A stretch of DNA of 64,000 bases from Thermoproteota archaeon (GTDB lineage: Archaea; Thermoproteota; Thermoprotei; Thermoproteales; Thermocladiaceae): contig JAADDN010000168.1 in NCBI GenBank assembly GCA_013153895.1, positions 17,049-81,048 of the forward strand, read 5' to 3'. This document shows positions 45,441-54,358 of this stretch, in pieces (positions within the stretch are counted from its first letter, which is position 1; each line of letters opens with the position of its first letter). The translations under genes were made by a program, and so were the position numbers. Below the pieces are notes generated by a model, which saw only the letters and a program-made list of their open reading frames with translations, was not told the origin of the DNA and did not search any database.

Positions 45441-46904
45441 ATGTTCGAGCTTGATGGAAAGAGGGTAAGACCTGAACGTAGACGGATGTTTAAAACTCAT
45501 CTTAAAGCGTTAATCCTTATTCTTATTGTTATGATCTGTATATCAATGTTCTTATTATATCATTATGGTATAACAATGACATTATCAAACGTTGATCCCT
45601 GGGTAGTACGCAGCGTGCTATCAGGTGAGAACACTCCTGTATGGGTATACACGTGGATAGGGGCTAAACTGCCGAAGGACTTTATAGTATGGAGGTTCGA
45701 TACTTTTGAGATAGCTGTAGGATATGTACATAGTTTATCAACATTGGAGTATCTTTCAAAACATAGCTGGTATGTTGGAGGACTAGACTACTATATTATC
45801 GCGCCTCCTAGAATGCCAGTATACTTTCCTAGGAGCGATGCATTGAATGCTTCTAGAGTGAACTATCTCGTAAAGATTCATAATCCATATATGGTATATA
45901 ACGGTACTAATGTTACCATAGCTATTCTAGATACAGGAATAGACTATCTTCTCCCAGTATTCTACACTAACTGTCATGTATCTACAAAATATAGTCATAT
46001 AATTGCAATGGTGAGCTTTGTGGATGGTGGCAGAGTATATATATGGAGTAGAAAGTACTGGCTAGAGGGAAAGAACATGTCATTAACAGAATTATATAGT
46101 TGGGAACAGTCAATATATTCTGTATACGGTGTATATCCATTCATGGACATTGTAGGACATGGAACCGCTGTAGCATCAGTAATCGTTGGACAGCCATGTT
46201 ACTATCATGGTTTCAGCGGTGTAGCTCCAGGTGCTAGGATAGTAATGTTGAAGGTCTTTCCAGACAAGTCAACTACAAGTATCATAATACTGATAGAGGC
46301 ATTGCACTGGCTCTACTTTCACTATAAGGAGTATCATATAAAGATAGTTAGCATGAGCTTGAACGCTTTCACACCAAGCTTCGGAACTTTTTCAGATCCA
46401 ATAAACATTATTCTTCAACATCTAGCAGAGAAGGGGCTCATAATCCTAGTAGCCTCAGGAAACGAGGGAAACTTTCCAGGAAGCCTAGACTCTATAGGAA
46501 ATGCTCCTAATGTATATCTTGTAGGTGCTTGGGATCCTATCCACTGGAAGATCGCGTACTTCACCTCTATGCCTACAGTTGGGCAGCATCCTATTAACTT
46601 TCTAGGAGATGGTTACATGGTGTGGAGTGTTGTTCCTAATAGTAGCATGATATTTAGAGCGGTAAGCGAGTATGTTCCATATCTGATAATGGATAAGAAA
46701 CATGGAATGGTCCTTCTCTCAGGAACATCTCTTGCAACTCCTGCTGTTGCTGGAGTAGTAGCAGACTGGTATCAGTGGTATCTAGAACATTATCATCGTG
46801 CTTCTGCTCCTGAGACACTTGTCAGGATAATATGCTCGAGAGGGTACATTACTGGGAGAATACCGCTAATAGTTACATGTGGTCTTGTGAGAGCGCCTAA
46901 ATAG
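45441..46904 (+). CDS. Membrane-anchored subtilisin-like serine protease (S8)
   Basis: N-terminal TM LKALILILIVMICISMFLLY. Catalytic motifs AILDTGIDY (D), HGTAVASVI (H), ASGNEGN (N), SGTSLATPAVAGV (S). Confidence 0.9.
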   Translation: MFELDGKRVRPERRRMFKTHLKALILILIVMICISMFLLYHYGITMTLSNVDPWVVRSVLSGENTPVWVYTWIGAKLPKDFIVWRFDTFEIAVGYVHSLSTLEYLSKHSWYVGGLDYYIIAPPRMPVYFPRSDALNASRVNYLVKIHNPYMVYNGTNVTIAILDTGIDYLLPVFYTNCHVSTKYSHIIAMVSFVDGGRVYIWSRKYWLEGKNMSLTELYSWEQSIYSVYGVYPFMDIVGHGTAVASVIVGQPCYYHGFSGVAPGARIVMLKVFPDKSTTSIIILIEALHWLYFHYKEYHIKIVSMSLNAFTPSFGTFSDPINIILQHLAEKGLIILVASGNEGNFPGSLDSIGNAPNVYLVGAWDPIHWKIAYFTSMPTVGQHPINFLGDGYMVWSVVPNSSMIFRAVSEYVPYLIMDKKHGMVLLSGTSLATPAVAGVVADWYQWYLEHYHRASAPETLVRIICSRGYITGRIPLIVTCGLVRAPK

Positions 46905-46924
46905 GTCCTATAGATATTATACCT

Positions 46925-47710
46925 ATGCTAATGATAGACTACTCTACTAGGATAGTAACCATTTCATCACCATTCTACCAGTTCTTAACATATCATAATC
47001 ACGTACCTGTAGAGAAGGGTGATCACTTGATCATGGTGCCAGCATTCTCACAGTACCGTGCCTCATATAGTGAAGGATTCTACTATCTTCTCGACATGGA
47101 GGAGCTTAAAATAATGAAGGTTGGAGTAGGGATAAGAGAGGTCTTGAATGATCATGATATTATTAGCCTTATGAGAAGGATAGTTAGGCTTCTAGGAATA
47201 GATGTAAGATATGGTGAGAACTATATCTATCTTGGTAGGCGGGCAAGAGTATTTAAATGTCCATTAATGTCAGTATATGCACTAGTTTTCGGCACTTTCA
47301 GACTAGTAGTAGAGCCGTTAGATGTGACTGATAGGATATCTCTTCTAGATCTTCCAGTTCTTGTTCAGTATGGTCCATATATGGTATATATTGATGAGGG
47401 ACGTATAATACCTATACCAGATAACTCAAATATTTACCATATAGTTAAGATAGGTAAGATAGATATCAACTATATTGGTCTTGATTCAACATTTAGAGTA
47501 TATAATCACTGTAGGCTGATACGTTCTCATGATGTGATTATTCTACGTACATGGAGGAGAGATATTGTTAAGCTATTGTCAGGTTATGTATGTAGGATAG
47601 TGAATATAGGTGATCAATATTTCCTATATTTTAACAAGGATATAGATGTTGAACGGATAGTACAGTCAGCATCTGCAGGACATATTGCTGATAAGATTGA
47701 CCTGTTATAA
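46925..47710 (+). CDS. Hypothetical protein
   Basis: ATG start, 261 aa. Confidence 0.8.
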   Translation: MLMIDYSTRIVTISSPFYQFLTYHNHVPVEKGDHLIMVPAFSQYRASYSEGFYYLLDMEELKIMKVGVGIREVLNDHDIISLMRRIVRLLGIDVRYGENYIYLGRRARVFKCPLMSVYALVFGTFRLVVEPLDVTDRISLLDLPVLVQYGPYMVYIDEGRIIPIPDNSNIYHIVKIGKIDINYIGLDSTFRVYNHCRLIRSHDVIILRTWRRDIVKLLSGYVCRIVNIGDQYFLYFNKDIDVERIVQSASAGHIADKIDLL

Positions 47711-47715
47711 TAATG

Positions 47716-47723
47716 TTTAAATT
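47716..47723 (+). promoter_or_regulatory. TATA box
   Basis: TTTAAATT centred about 25 nt upstream of the ATG at 47745. Confidence 0.5.
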
Positions 47724-47744
47724 TTTATTACAGGGAAGATACCT

Positions 47745-48032
47745 ATGGCAGAGGAGGCAGGAAAGGTAGAGATCACGGAATCAATAATATCTAAGACGCT
47801 GAGAATAATTAGAACACCAACATTTATAGCTGGTGTGGCGTTCATGCTACTTGGACTAGTATGCATGTTTGCGTTCCCAGCAATGTTTGGTCCTTTCGGT
47901 GTGCTACTTGGTATACTATGTATGACATTTCTAGAAGGTATTGCAATAGTGTTCTATGTGCTCACTGCTAAATATGTTGGCACGGTATTCAGGAGAAAGA
48001 GAACTTACAAGTATTGGGATAGTAGAGAATAA
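47745..48032 (+). CDS. 2-TM membrane protein with an RRKRTYKYWDSRE C-terminus
   Basis: Two hydrophobic helices followed by the terminal motif. Confidence 0.8.
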   Translation: MAEEAGKVEITESIISKTLRIIRTPTFIAGVAFMLLGLVCMFAFPAMFGPFGVLLGILCMTFLEGIAIVFYVLTAKYVGTVFRRKRTYKYWDSRE

Positions 48033-48057
48033 TTATATAGTTCTAACCTAGGTCTAT

Positions 48058-48065
48058 TTTTAAAT
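48058..48065 (+). promoter_or_regulatory. TATA box
   Basis: TTTTAAAT centred about 25 nt upstream of the ATG at 48086. Confidence 0.5.
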
Positions 48066-48085
48066 CCATTCTTCTCAGATCTATC

Positions 48086-49795
48086 ATGGACTGGGTTCTC
48101 AGACTATTAGAAGAATGTTACATATATAGGTACTCTACTATAGGTATAGTAGAGACAGGAGATCTGCGTCATAGTATTATTATACTCTTAAAGAAGTGTG
48201 TAAACATTAGAGATGCATTCAAGGATAGTGATGTTCCACTTCCTGAGAGAGTGATCTTCTACTCTGGTACGCAGCTATATGAGCCATATGTTGAGGAGGG
48301 GAGGATAAAGCTTAGAAAGATAAGTCTTGGGGAAGAGAACATATTTCAGAGTGGTGATGATAATATTGTTACACCATTACAGGCACTGTCATATTATAGG
48401 AAGCTTGTATATGAGGAAGGTAGGATACTTATGATATTTTCACTCTATGGCTTTCCTAGAGACAGCATAGTGACTCTCTATCCAATGATCTCTGAGATAA
48501 TTGCTGACCCTAGCCTACAGTATCAGCGTTCTGGATCTATGCTCATATTTATTGTTGATGATAGGGAGAAGCTTGCTCCCTTCATTGGGAACAGTATCCA
48601 TGTTCATGATGAGGTAAGTGATGATGAGATTAGAAGTATAGTTACTAGGTTTAGAGCGAAAATGTCTAAATATGGTTATAGTATAGATGTCTCTGATGAT
48701 AAGATAATTGAATTGTTAAGAGGGTTAGAGTATAAAGATGTTGAGAACATTATTGCAAAGATTGGACAGAAAATGAAGAGTCTTAAACCTGAAGAAGCCA
48801 AAAAGCTCAATATTATCCATGAGATTATAAGTGAGCGTAATAGGATAATCATACAGCAGCTACCGTGTCTAGAACCTATCGAGCCGAAACATGGGTTTGA
48901 AGCAGTGGGAGGATATAGCGATGTTAAGGAGATTGTTCGGAGAACATTTATCAATATATGGAAGCATAGGGACCTGGCTAGAAGTCTAGGAGCAGAGCTT
49001 CCTAAAGGAATGCTCCTCTTCGGTATACGTGGCACGGGTAAGACATGGTTTGTAAAGTGTATGGCTAAGGAGCTTGATCTGCCAATGTATAGGTTCATTA
49101 TAGAGAGCGTGAAGAGTAAATGGTATGGTGAGAGCGAGAGAGCTCTTAGACATGTTTTCAAGATGTTGAGGAAGATACAGCCAGTAATACTCTTCATAGA
49201 TGAGATAGATAAACTGATGACAGAGAGAGGAGGACAGCAGGAGCATGAGGTTTCTAGAGCTCTGAAGAATATTATTCTAGAGGAGATGAGTGAGAAGGAT
49301 GATATAATTCTTATATGTACAACAAACTTTCCTGAACAGCTTGACAAGGCTTTCCTACGTGCTGGACGTATCGATATTAAGCTACCATTCCTATTGCCAG
49401 ATTATGATGCTAGGAGACAGATCCTTGAGATACATACGAGAGTAGTAAGAAAGGTTCCTCTTGACAGGGATGTAAACCTAGACGAGCTAGCTAGAAAGAC
49501 CAGTGGATGGACTGGTGCAGAGATCGAGCAGCTTGTTAAGGAAGCTATAATATATGCGTTAGATGAGGCTGTTAGACGCGGTATAAAGAGGATGAAGGTA
49601 GGTATGAGACATTTCGAGGAGGCGTATAATAATATTGTTGTTGACCGTAAGACACGTGCAGCAGAGCTTGACAGGTTTGTAAACATTGCAAAATCATTGA
49701 CAAGCCATAGAGAGGTGATCAGATATGTAGAGAAGCAGAAGAACATGGTTACAAGCGAGATATCTATAGTAGAGGACAAGACAATATTCCTATAA
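48086..49795 (+). CDS. Classical-clade AAA+ ATPase (CDC48/FtsH/Ycf46-like module) with a unique 270-aa N-terminal region
   Basis: Walker A GIRGTGKT, GESE, Walker B ILFIDEIDKL, sensor-1 CTTN, arginine fingers LRAGRID, TGAEIEQL. Confidence 0.9.
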   Translation: MDWVLRLLEECYIYRYSTIGIVETGDLRHSIIILLKKCVNIRDAFKDSDVPLPERVIFYSGTQLYEPYVEEGRIKLRKISLGEENIFQSGDDNIVTPLQALSYYRKLVYEEGRILMIFSLYGFPRDSIVTLYPMISEIIADPSLQYQRSGSMLIFIVDDREKLAPFIGNSIHVHDEVSDDEIRSIVTRFRAKMSKYGYSIDVSDDKIIELLRGLEYKDVENIIAKIGQKMKSLKPEEAKKLNIIHEIISERNRIIIQQLPCLEPIEPKHGFEAVGGYSDVKEIVRRTFINIWKHRDLARSLGAELPKGMLLFGIRGTGKTWFVKCMAKELDLPMYRFIIESVKSKWYGESERALRHVFKMLRKIQPVILFIDEIDKLMTERGGQQEHEVSRALKNIILEEMSEKDDIILICTTNFPEQLDKAFLRAGRIDIKLPFLLPDYDARRQILEIHTRVVRKVPLDRDVNLDELARKTSGWTGAEIEQLVKEAIIYALDEAVRRGIKRMKVGMRHFEEAYNNIVVDRKTRAAELDRFVNIAKSLTSHREVIRYVEKQKNMVTSEISIVEDKTIFL

Positions 49796-49830
49796 CCTAT
49801 CAATTATATACCCTATAAAACATATCAATC

Positions 49831-50112
49831 ATGGATAAGAGAGATATAGTCCTAAATGATATATCTGAAAGACTTGTAAGCTATATTCTAGCTAACTGGA
49901 GAAGATATGCATATCTAGACAATTCTAACTGTATAAACATGCCGCTTACCAGGATAGCTAAAGAAGTTGTTAATGAGAGAGTTGACAGAGCAACACTTGG
50001 ACAGGCATATTCAAAGGTGAGGGAAAGATTCAGGAAGATGGGTTATAGGGTAGTACTGAAGAGGAGGTGGGCTAAGAATGGTTCTACCTGGATAGAGATA
50101 TGTAGGGACTAG
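49831..50112 (+). CDS. Small basic protein, possibly winged-helix
   Basis: ATG start, 93 aa. LTRIAKEVVNERVDRATLGQAYSKVRERFRKMGY looks HTH-like. Confidence 0.65.
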   Translation: MDKRDIVLNDISERLVSYILANWRRYAYLDNSNCINMPLTRIAKEVVNERVDRATLGQAYSKVRERFRKMGYRVVLKRRWAKNGSTWIEICRD

Positions 50113-51998
50113 CTTAGAACTGTCTTTCTTCTCCTGCTCATGAACTCTGCTCTTCTTCCAGGGTTCCAGTTGCTTATTGGTCTATAGTATCCGACTATTC
50201 TATCCCACTTCTCTATGTTTCTGCTACCACAGTTTGGACATTCATCATATATTCCTGTTAGTACTGTCCAACAGTTTCTACATATTGACTGTACTGGCTT
50301 ATATGCTATATATGGTATGTACGTGCTTCTACATATTTCTGTGACTAGTTTAGCAACTTTCTCAGCTTCTAGATACATTGGTGCATGGATAAACATTACA
50401 TAGCCACCATCGTAGAGCGGCTTGTTCATGAATCTGGGTCTGCATAGCTCGTTCTCTATCCATACCTTCTCCTCTAGTGGGTATATACTATAGTATGGTA
50501 CTGTCTGTGAACTATAGTATAGTTCTATTCTACCTGTCTCTGGATCAACATCACGTGGAATAAACATAAGCATCTTAGGATGATATTCAGCGTCCATCAT
50601 TGCAAGCTTGATAGAAGCCTCCTCAGCAGGTGCCTGCTCTAGATTATATAGTACCTGGTCAGCCTCGGCAAACTCTCTCAACCTCTTCTTAACATGTTCT
50701 AGAACCTTGACAGCATAGTAGACCATCTCCTTTTTAACGTTCCTATCAGGTATGTTCCATGCAGAGTAGAATGGTATGCTGTTGATCTCTGGCAGACCTG
50801 TCCTAGCTAGCTTCATTGTCTCAGAGTCATCATGATTTAGAAGATACATGATTGACATATACTCAGCTATTCCAATAGTAGCAACAGTGTTAAAATATGT
50901 TCTAAACGGGTTAGAGAGCCTATACGGATCATTTAACAGCCATGCAGTAGTCGGGTACAGACCCATCTTATAGAAGTCCAAGTATCTTCTTTTCAGATAC
51001 ATTAACGCGTTTCTACATGTCTCCAATATATCGTCTAGCATTGGAATTATCTTCTCGGGCTCTCCCCTAGATAGCCAGGCTAGTCTAGGCATGTTGATCC
51101 CTATATATCCTATAGATCCTGTAAGTATGACCCATCTCCCAGTCACTGGCACATGCTTCAATATTTCTTGTACATCTATCCTCAATCTACAGCAGAAACT
51201 TAGCGCCTCACCAGGCTCTGAAACGTTTGGATTCATGAAGTAGAATGTTCCTCTCCTAGCTATCAGCTCCCAGAACATTTCCCATAGATCATGCTCTCTC
51301 AGAATCTTGAGAAAGAAGTCTGTAAGATAGACCGAGGGTATTGGAAAGGTTAGCGGTCTTCCATGTGCGTCTCCTCTCATGAAGCTTCTAATAGTCTCTC
51401 CCATGTACTTCACTGCGTTATCTATCATTTCTATTCCTGTACCAATCTTCTTACCACATTTATATACTTCTAATTCTTTTAGAGGTTTCTCACCCATAGA
51501 TATTCCATATATCTCGTTTATGAACATTGACTGGCTGACATATCTACTAGGCTTGTTAACATTATAATGGTAGAACTCTACCATCTGTCTCAGCTCTCTA
51601 TCATCTGTTATGTATGGTGCTGCTGCAATATCAAGATAGTTTAATCCTACTGCTCCTGTACGTTCTTGTGTGAGGTATAGCGCTATATCTAATACATGGT
51701 TCATAAATACTGTACCATATTTAGCACATCTATATGTTAGGCATGTAGTCTCGATCAGTTCTCTCTTACCTATCTCAGTAGCGTTGAACCCTCCGCAGTA
51801 TGGTTCCATCCATCCTCCTGAACGTATCTTAAAAGTATATAATGTTCCTGTTATCTCATATCTATACCATTTATCGTTTATTTTAGCTATTGTTGGAAGA
51901 ATATGATTCTCCCATAGACACCTCTCCTCTAATCCTACTAGAATAGATACTGCTGTTGGCGGTATGTTCGCGTTCCTCTTTATAAGATACTCATCCAT
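50109..51998 (-). CDS. nrdD: Anaerobic (class III) ribonucleoside-triphosphate reductase
   Basis: C-terminal Zn ribbon CRNC...CPNCGS followed by the glycyl-radical motif RIVGYYRPISNWNPGRRAEF. 629 aa. Confidence 0.85.
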   Translation of the reverse strand: MDEYLIKRNANIPPTAVSILVGLEERCLWENHILPTIAKINDKWYRYEITGTLYTFKIRSGGWMEPYCGGFNATEIGKRELIETTCLTYRCAKYGTVFMNHVLDIALYLTQERTGAVGLNYLDIAAAPYITDDRELRQMVEFYHYNVNKPSRYVSQSMFINEIYGISMGEKPLKELEVYKCGKKIGTGIEMIDNAVKYMGETIRSFMRGDAHGRPLTFPIPSVYLTDFFLKILREHDLWEMFWELIARRGTFYFMNPNVSEPGEALSFCCRLRIDVQEILKHVPVTGRWVILTGSIGYIGINMPRLAWLSRGEPEKIIPMLDDILETCRNALMYLKRRYLDFYKMGLYPTTAWLLNDPYRLSNPFRTYFNTVATIGIAEYMSIMYLLNHDDSETMKLARTGLPEINSIPFYSAWNIPDRNVKKEMVYYAVKVLEHVKKRLREFAEADQVLYNLEQAPAEEASIKLAMMDAEYHPKMLMFIPRDVDPETGRIELYYSSQTVPYYSIYPLEEKVWIENELCRPRFMNKPLYDGGYVMFIHAPMYLEAEKVAKLVTEICRSTYIPYIAYKPVQSICRNCWTVLTGIYDECPNCGSRNIEKWDRIVGYYRPISNWNPGRRAEFMSRRRKTVLS

Positions 51999-52055
51999 GT
52001 GTTTATAATAGGTTATGCGATATTAAAGCGGGATCTATGATGGTTAAGTGAGTAG

Positions 52056-52063
52056 TTTATATA
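52056..52063 (+). promoter_or_regulatory. TATA box
   Basis: TTTATATA centred 27 nt upstream of the ATG at 52087. Confidence 0.5.
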
Positions 52064-52086
52064 CCCTAACACTCATCTACGGTAAC

Positions 52087-53268
52087 ATGAGTTCGAAAGT
52101 TGTTGAGAAAGAGAAGAAGACACGGGCACGGGCTAGAATAAGGGTGAAGAAGAGTAATGATGTTATTGCTAAGATTCTGGATGTAGCCTTTCCTGTAGGT
52201 GATATCCAGCTTGACCATAGTATAGAGGTACGCTCAGTATATCATCTATATGAGATGATGAAGCGTGGAGTAATATACATTGATCCAGATCTCCAGCGTG
52301 GATACGTATGGGATGATGTTAAGGCTAGCCTCTTCATCGATAGTCTCTATCGTGGATATCCTGTCCATATGATACTCCTAGCCAGGCTAGGTAAAGATAG
52401 GTACACTGTGATAGATGGTGTACAGAGACTAGTAACTATTAGAAGGTTCTTCGATAACGAGCTCAGAATACTGAAAGTATCTGTAATCCATCCAGATATA
52501 CGTGGAAGAAGCTTCTCATCGCTTAAACATGATATCCGTGAGAAGTTTGTTACCTCTATATCCATGCCCGTATGCTTTATAAATCTTGGCAATCTAGATG
52601 AGAAGGCTATATCTGTAATAACAGATATGCTGCGTAGAGTAAACATTAGTGAGCAGAAGATGACTACAATGCAGGTAATATTCTGTACATTTAAGACACC
52701 TAGTATACAGCTTATAAAGAGAATGTCAGAATATGAGAACTATAGAAAACTTCTAAAGTTCACTGAAAGTGAGATAAAGGCAATGTATGATAAGGTTCTT
52801 CTAATGAACCTTGCAATATCTGTACATAGTGGAAAGGTAGTATACTTACAGGGATACTGTTTCAGGTCAAGCATGCCATACTTCTCAAAGTTCATACTGG
52901 AGAACGATGAGAAGAAGCTTAGAGATGTTGAACAGTGGATAAAAGATATTATAGATACATGTATAGAGCTTGGACTAGAGAGGAAACATTTCACCACATC
53001 CTACTATGGTCTCTCACGTGCTATGAGAGAGGTAGTGTCGAAGTGGATCTTCACTGCTATAACGGTAGCATTGTTCAGACTGTTACGTGAACATGATAGG
53101 GAGGAGGTTATAAAGAGGAGGGAGGAGCTTGTTAGAGCTATCGAGGACTATTTCAGGAATATTGACAAGACATTATATGTACATGTTCTACGTGCATCAT
53201 CTATAGATCATATAGCTAAGATAGTTGATGGTCTGTACATGAGGTTAGAATCTGTTTTCAAGTCATAA
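52087..53268 (+). CDS. DUF262 (ParB-like/GmrSD N-terminal type) protein without a recognisable nuclease domain
   Basis: IDPDLQRGYVWDDVKASLFIDSLYRGYPV...YTVIDGVQRLVTIRRFF matches the DUF262 signature. The track ORF begins at GTG 52048, and I prefer the ATG at 52087 given the TATA position. Confidence 0.8.
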   Translation: MSSKVVEKEKKTRARARIRVKKSNDVIAKILDVAFPVGDIQLDHSIEVRSVYHLYEMMKRGVIYIDPDLQRGYVWDDVKASLFIDSLYRGYPVHMILLARLGKDRYTVIDGVQRLVTIRRFFDNELRILKVSVIHPDIRGRSFSSLKHDIREKFVTSISMPVCFINLGNLDEKAISVITDMLRRVNISEQKMTTMQVIFCTFKTPSIQLIKRMSEYENYRKLLKFTESEIKAMYDKVLLMNLAISVHSGKVVYLQGYCFRSSMPYFSKFILENDEKKLRDVEQWIKDIIDTCIELGLERKHFTTSYYGLSRAMREVVSKWIFTAITVALFRLLREHDREEVIKRREELVRAIEDYFRNIDKTLYVHVLRASSIDHIAKIVDGLYMRLESVFKS

Positions 53269-53296
53269 TTATTAATCTCCTCTACATAGTAAAACT

Positions 53297-54358
53297 GTGT
53301 CTAATCTATATAGTTACATATTGAGAGAGTATTCTGGACATGGTAGAGACAGACCGCCTACACTACCATATGAGCCTAGGACTCCTCCAGGTTTTCTAGG
53401 ACTGTATGGTCGTTATGCATATGTTCATGATATCTATCCAACTATCTATCAGATACTTGGTGTCAATATTCTCCATGATCATTATAGTGGCAGGAGAGTT
53501 CTTAGGTTCAGACTTGGGATAATAGAGGTATGGGCTTACCATCCTGAGACTAAGGATGCTATACCTCTCTCGGTTTTCGGTGTGCCTCTCAGCTACGTTC
53601 CACAGGTTATGAATAGGTTGAGAGAGGAGGGTTATAGGTTAATGACTATTGAGCAGGGTTTAGCATATTATACTGTTCCTGAGGAATATGTATACAATAT
53701 TGAACATGTTACTGAGGGTATGAGTGATGTAGTTATAATAGATCCGCATGGTCTCATGTATAAGGCAGGGGCTGTACTGCCTCCTCATGAACAGCTTAAC
53801 CGTCTAATGGAGACCGAGGAGGAGCTTCATAGGCTGCGTCTTCTCCTGACTAACCTATCTATACAGCATAGGAAGGTTCTAGGAGACTACTCTGTTCTTA
53901 GAGAGACTGTTGATAGAATGAGCAGTCTAGTAGAGACGCTCTATGCAGAGCTTAGAAACGCATTGTCTAGACTTTCAAGTCTTGAATCAGAGCTTCATAA
54001 GCTTGAGGAGGAGATTAGACTACGCTCACGTGAGGCGCTGCTCTACAGGACAATGTATAGCTATAAGGAGCTTGAGAGCATGAGTCTCACAGGTGAGATG
54101 TCTACATCATTGAAAGAGCTTAGAACAGAGATATCAACATTAATGGATATTGTACGAACATTGAGAGAAGATGTAGAGAGAATAAAGGGAGAGGTAGAGA
54201 GAACACTTACAACACCACCATCACCACATGTAGGACAGGGACAGGCAGGTACACAGGCTCCTGCCCCTGCCAGGGTCCCTGCTGCATCTCTCTTTTATAG
54301 ATCTGGTAGATACTTTAATATTGATGCCAGGAGAGAAGAAGAGGAAGGAGGAAAGTGA
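53297..54358 (+). CDS. Hypothetical protein with a coiled-coil and a Pro/Ala/Gly-rich tail
   Basis: GTG start with ATAATTATTAATC about 25 nt upstream. Long heptad region from ELHRLRLLL to VERIKGEVE. Confidence 0.7.
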   Translation: MSNLYSYILREYSGHGRDRPPTLPYEPRTPPGFLGLYGRYAYVHDIYPTIYQILGVNILHDHYSGRRVLRFRLGIIEVWAYHPETKDAIPLSVFGVPLSYVPQVMNRLREEGYRLMTIEQGLAYYTVPEEYVYNIEHVTEGMSDVVIIDPHGLMYKAGAVLPPHEQLNRLMETEEELHRLRLLLTNLSIQHRKVLGDYSVLRETVDRMSSLVETLYAELRNALSRLSSLESELHKLEEEIRLRSREALLYRTMYSYKELESMSLTGEMSTSLKELRTEISTLMDIVRTLREDVERIKGEVERTLTTPPSPHVGQGQAGTQAPAPARVPAASLFYRSGRYFNIDARREEEEGGK

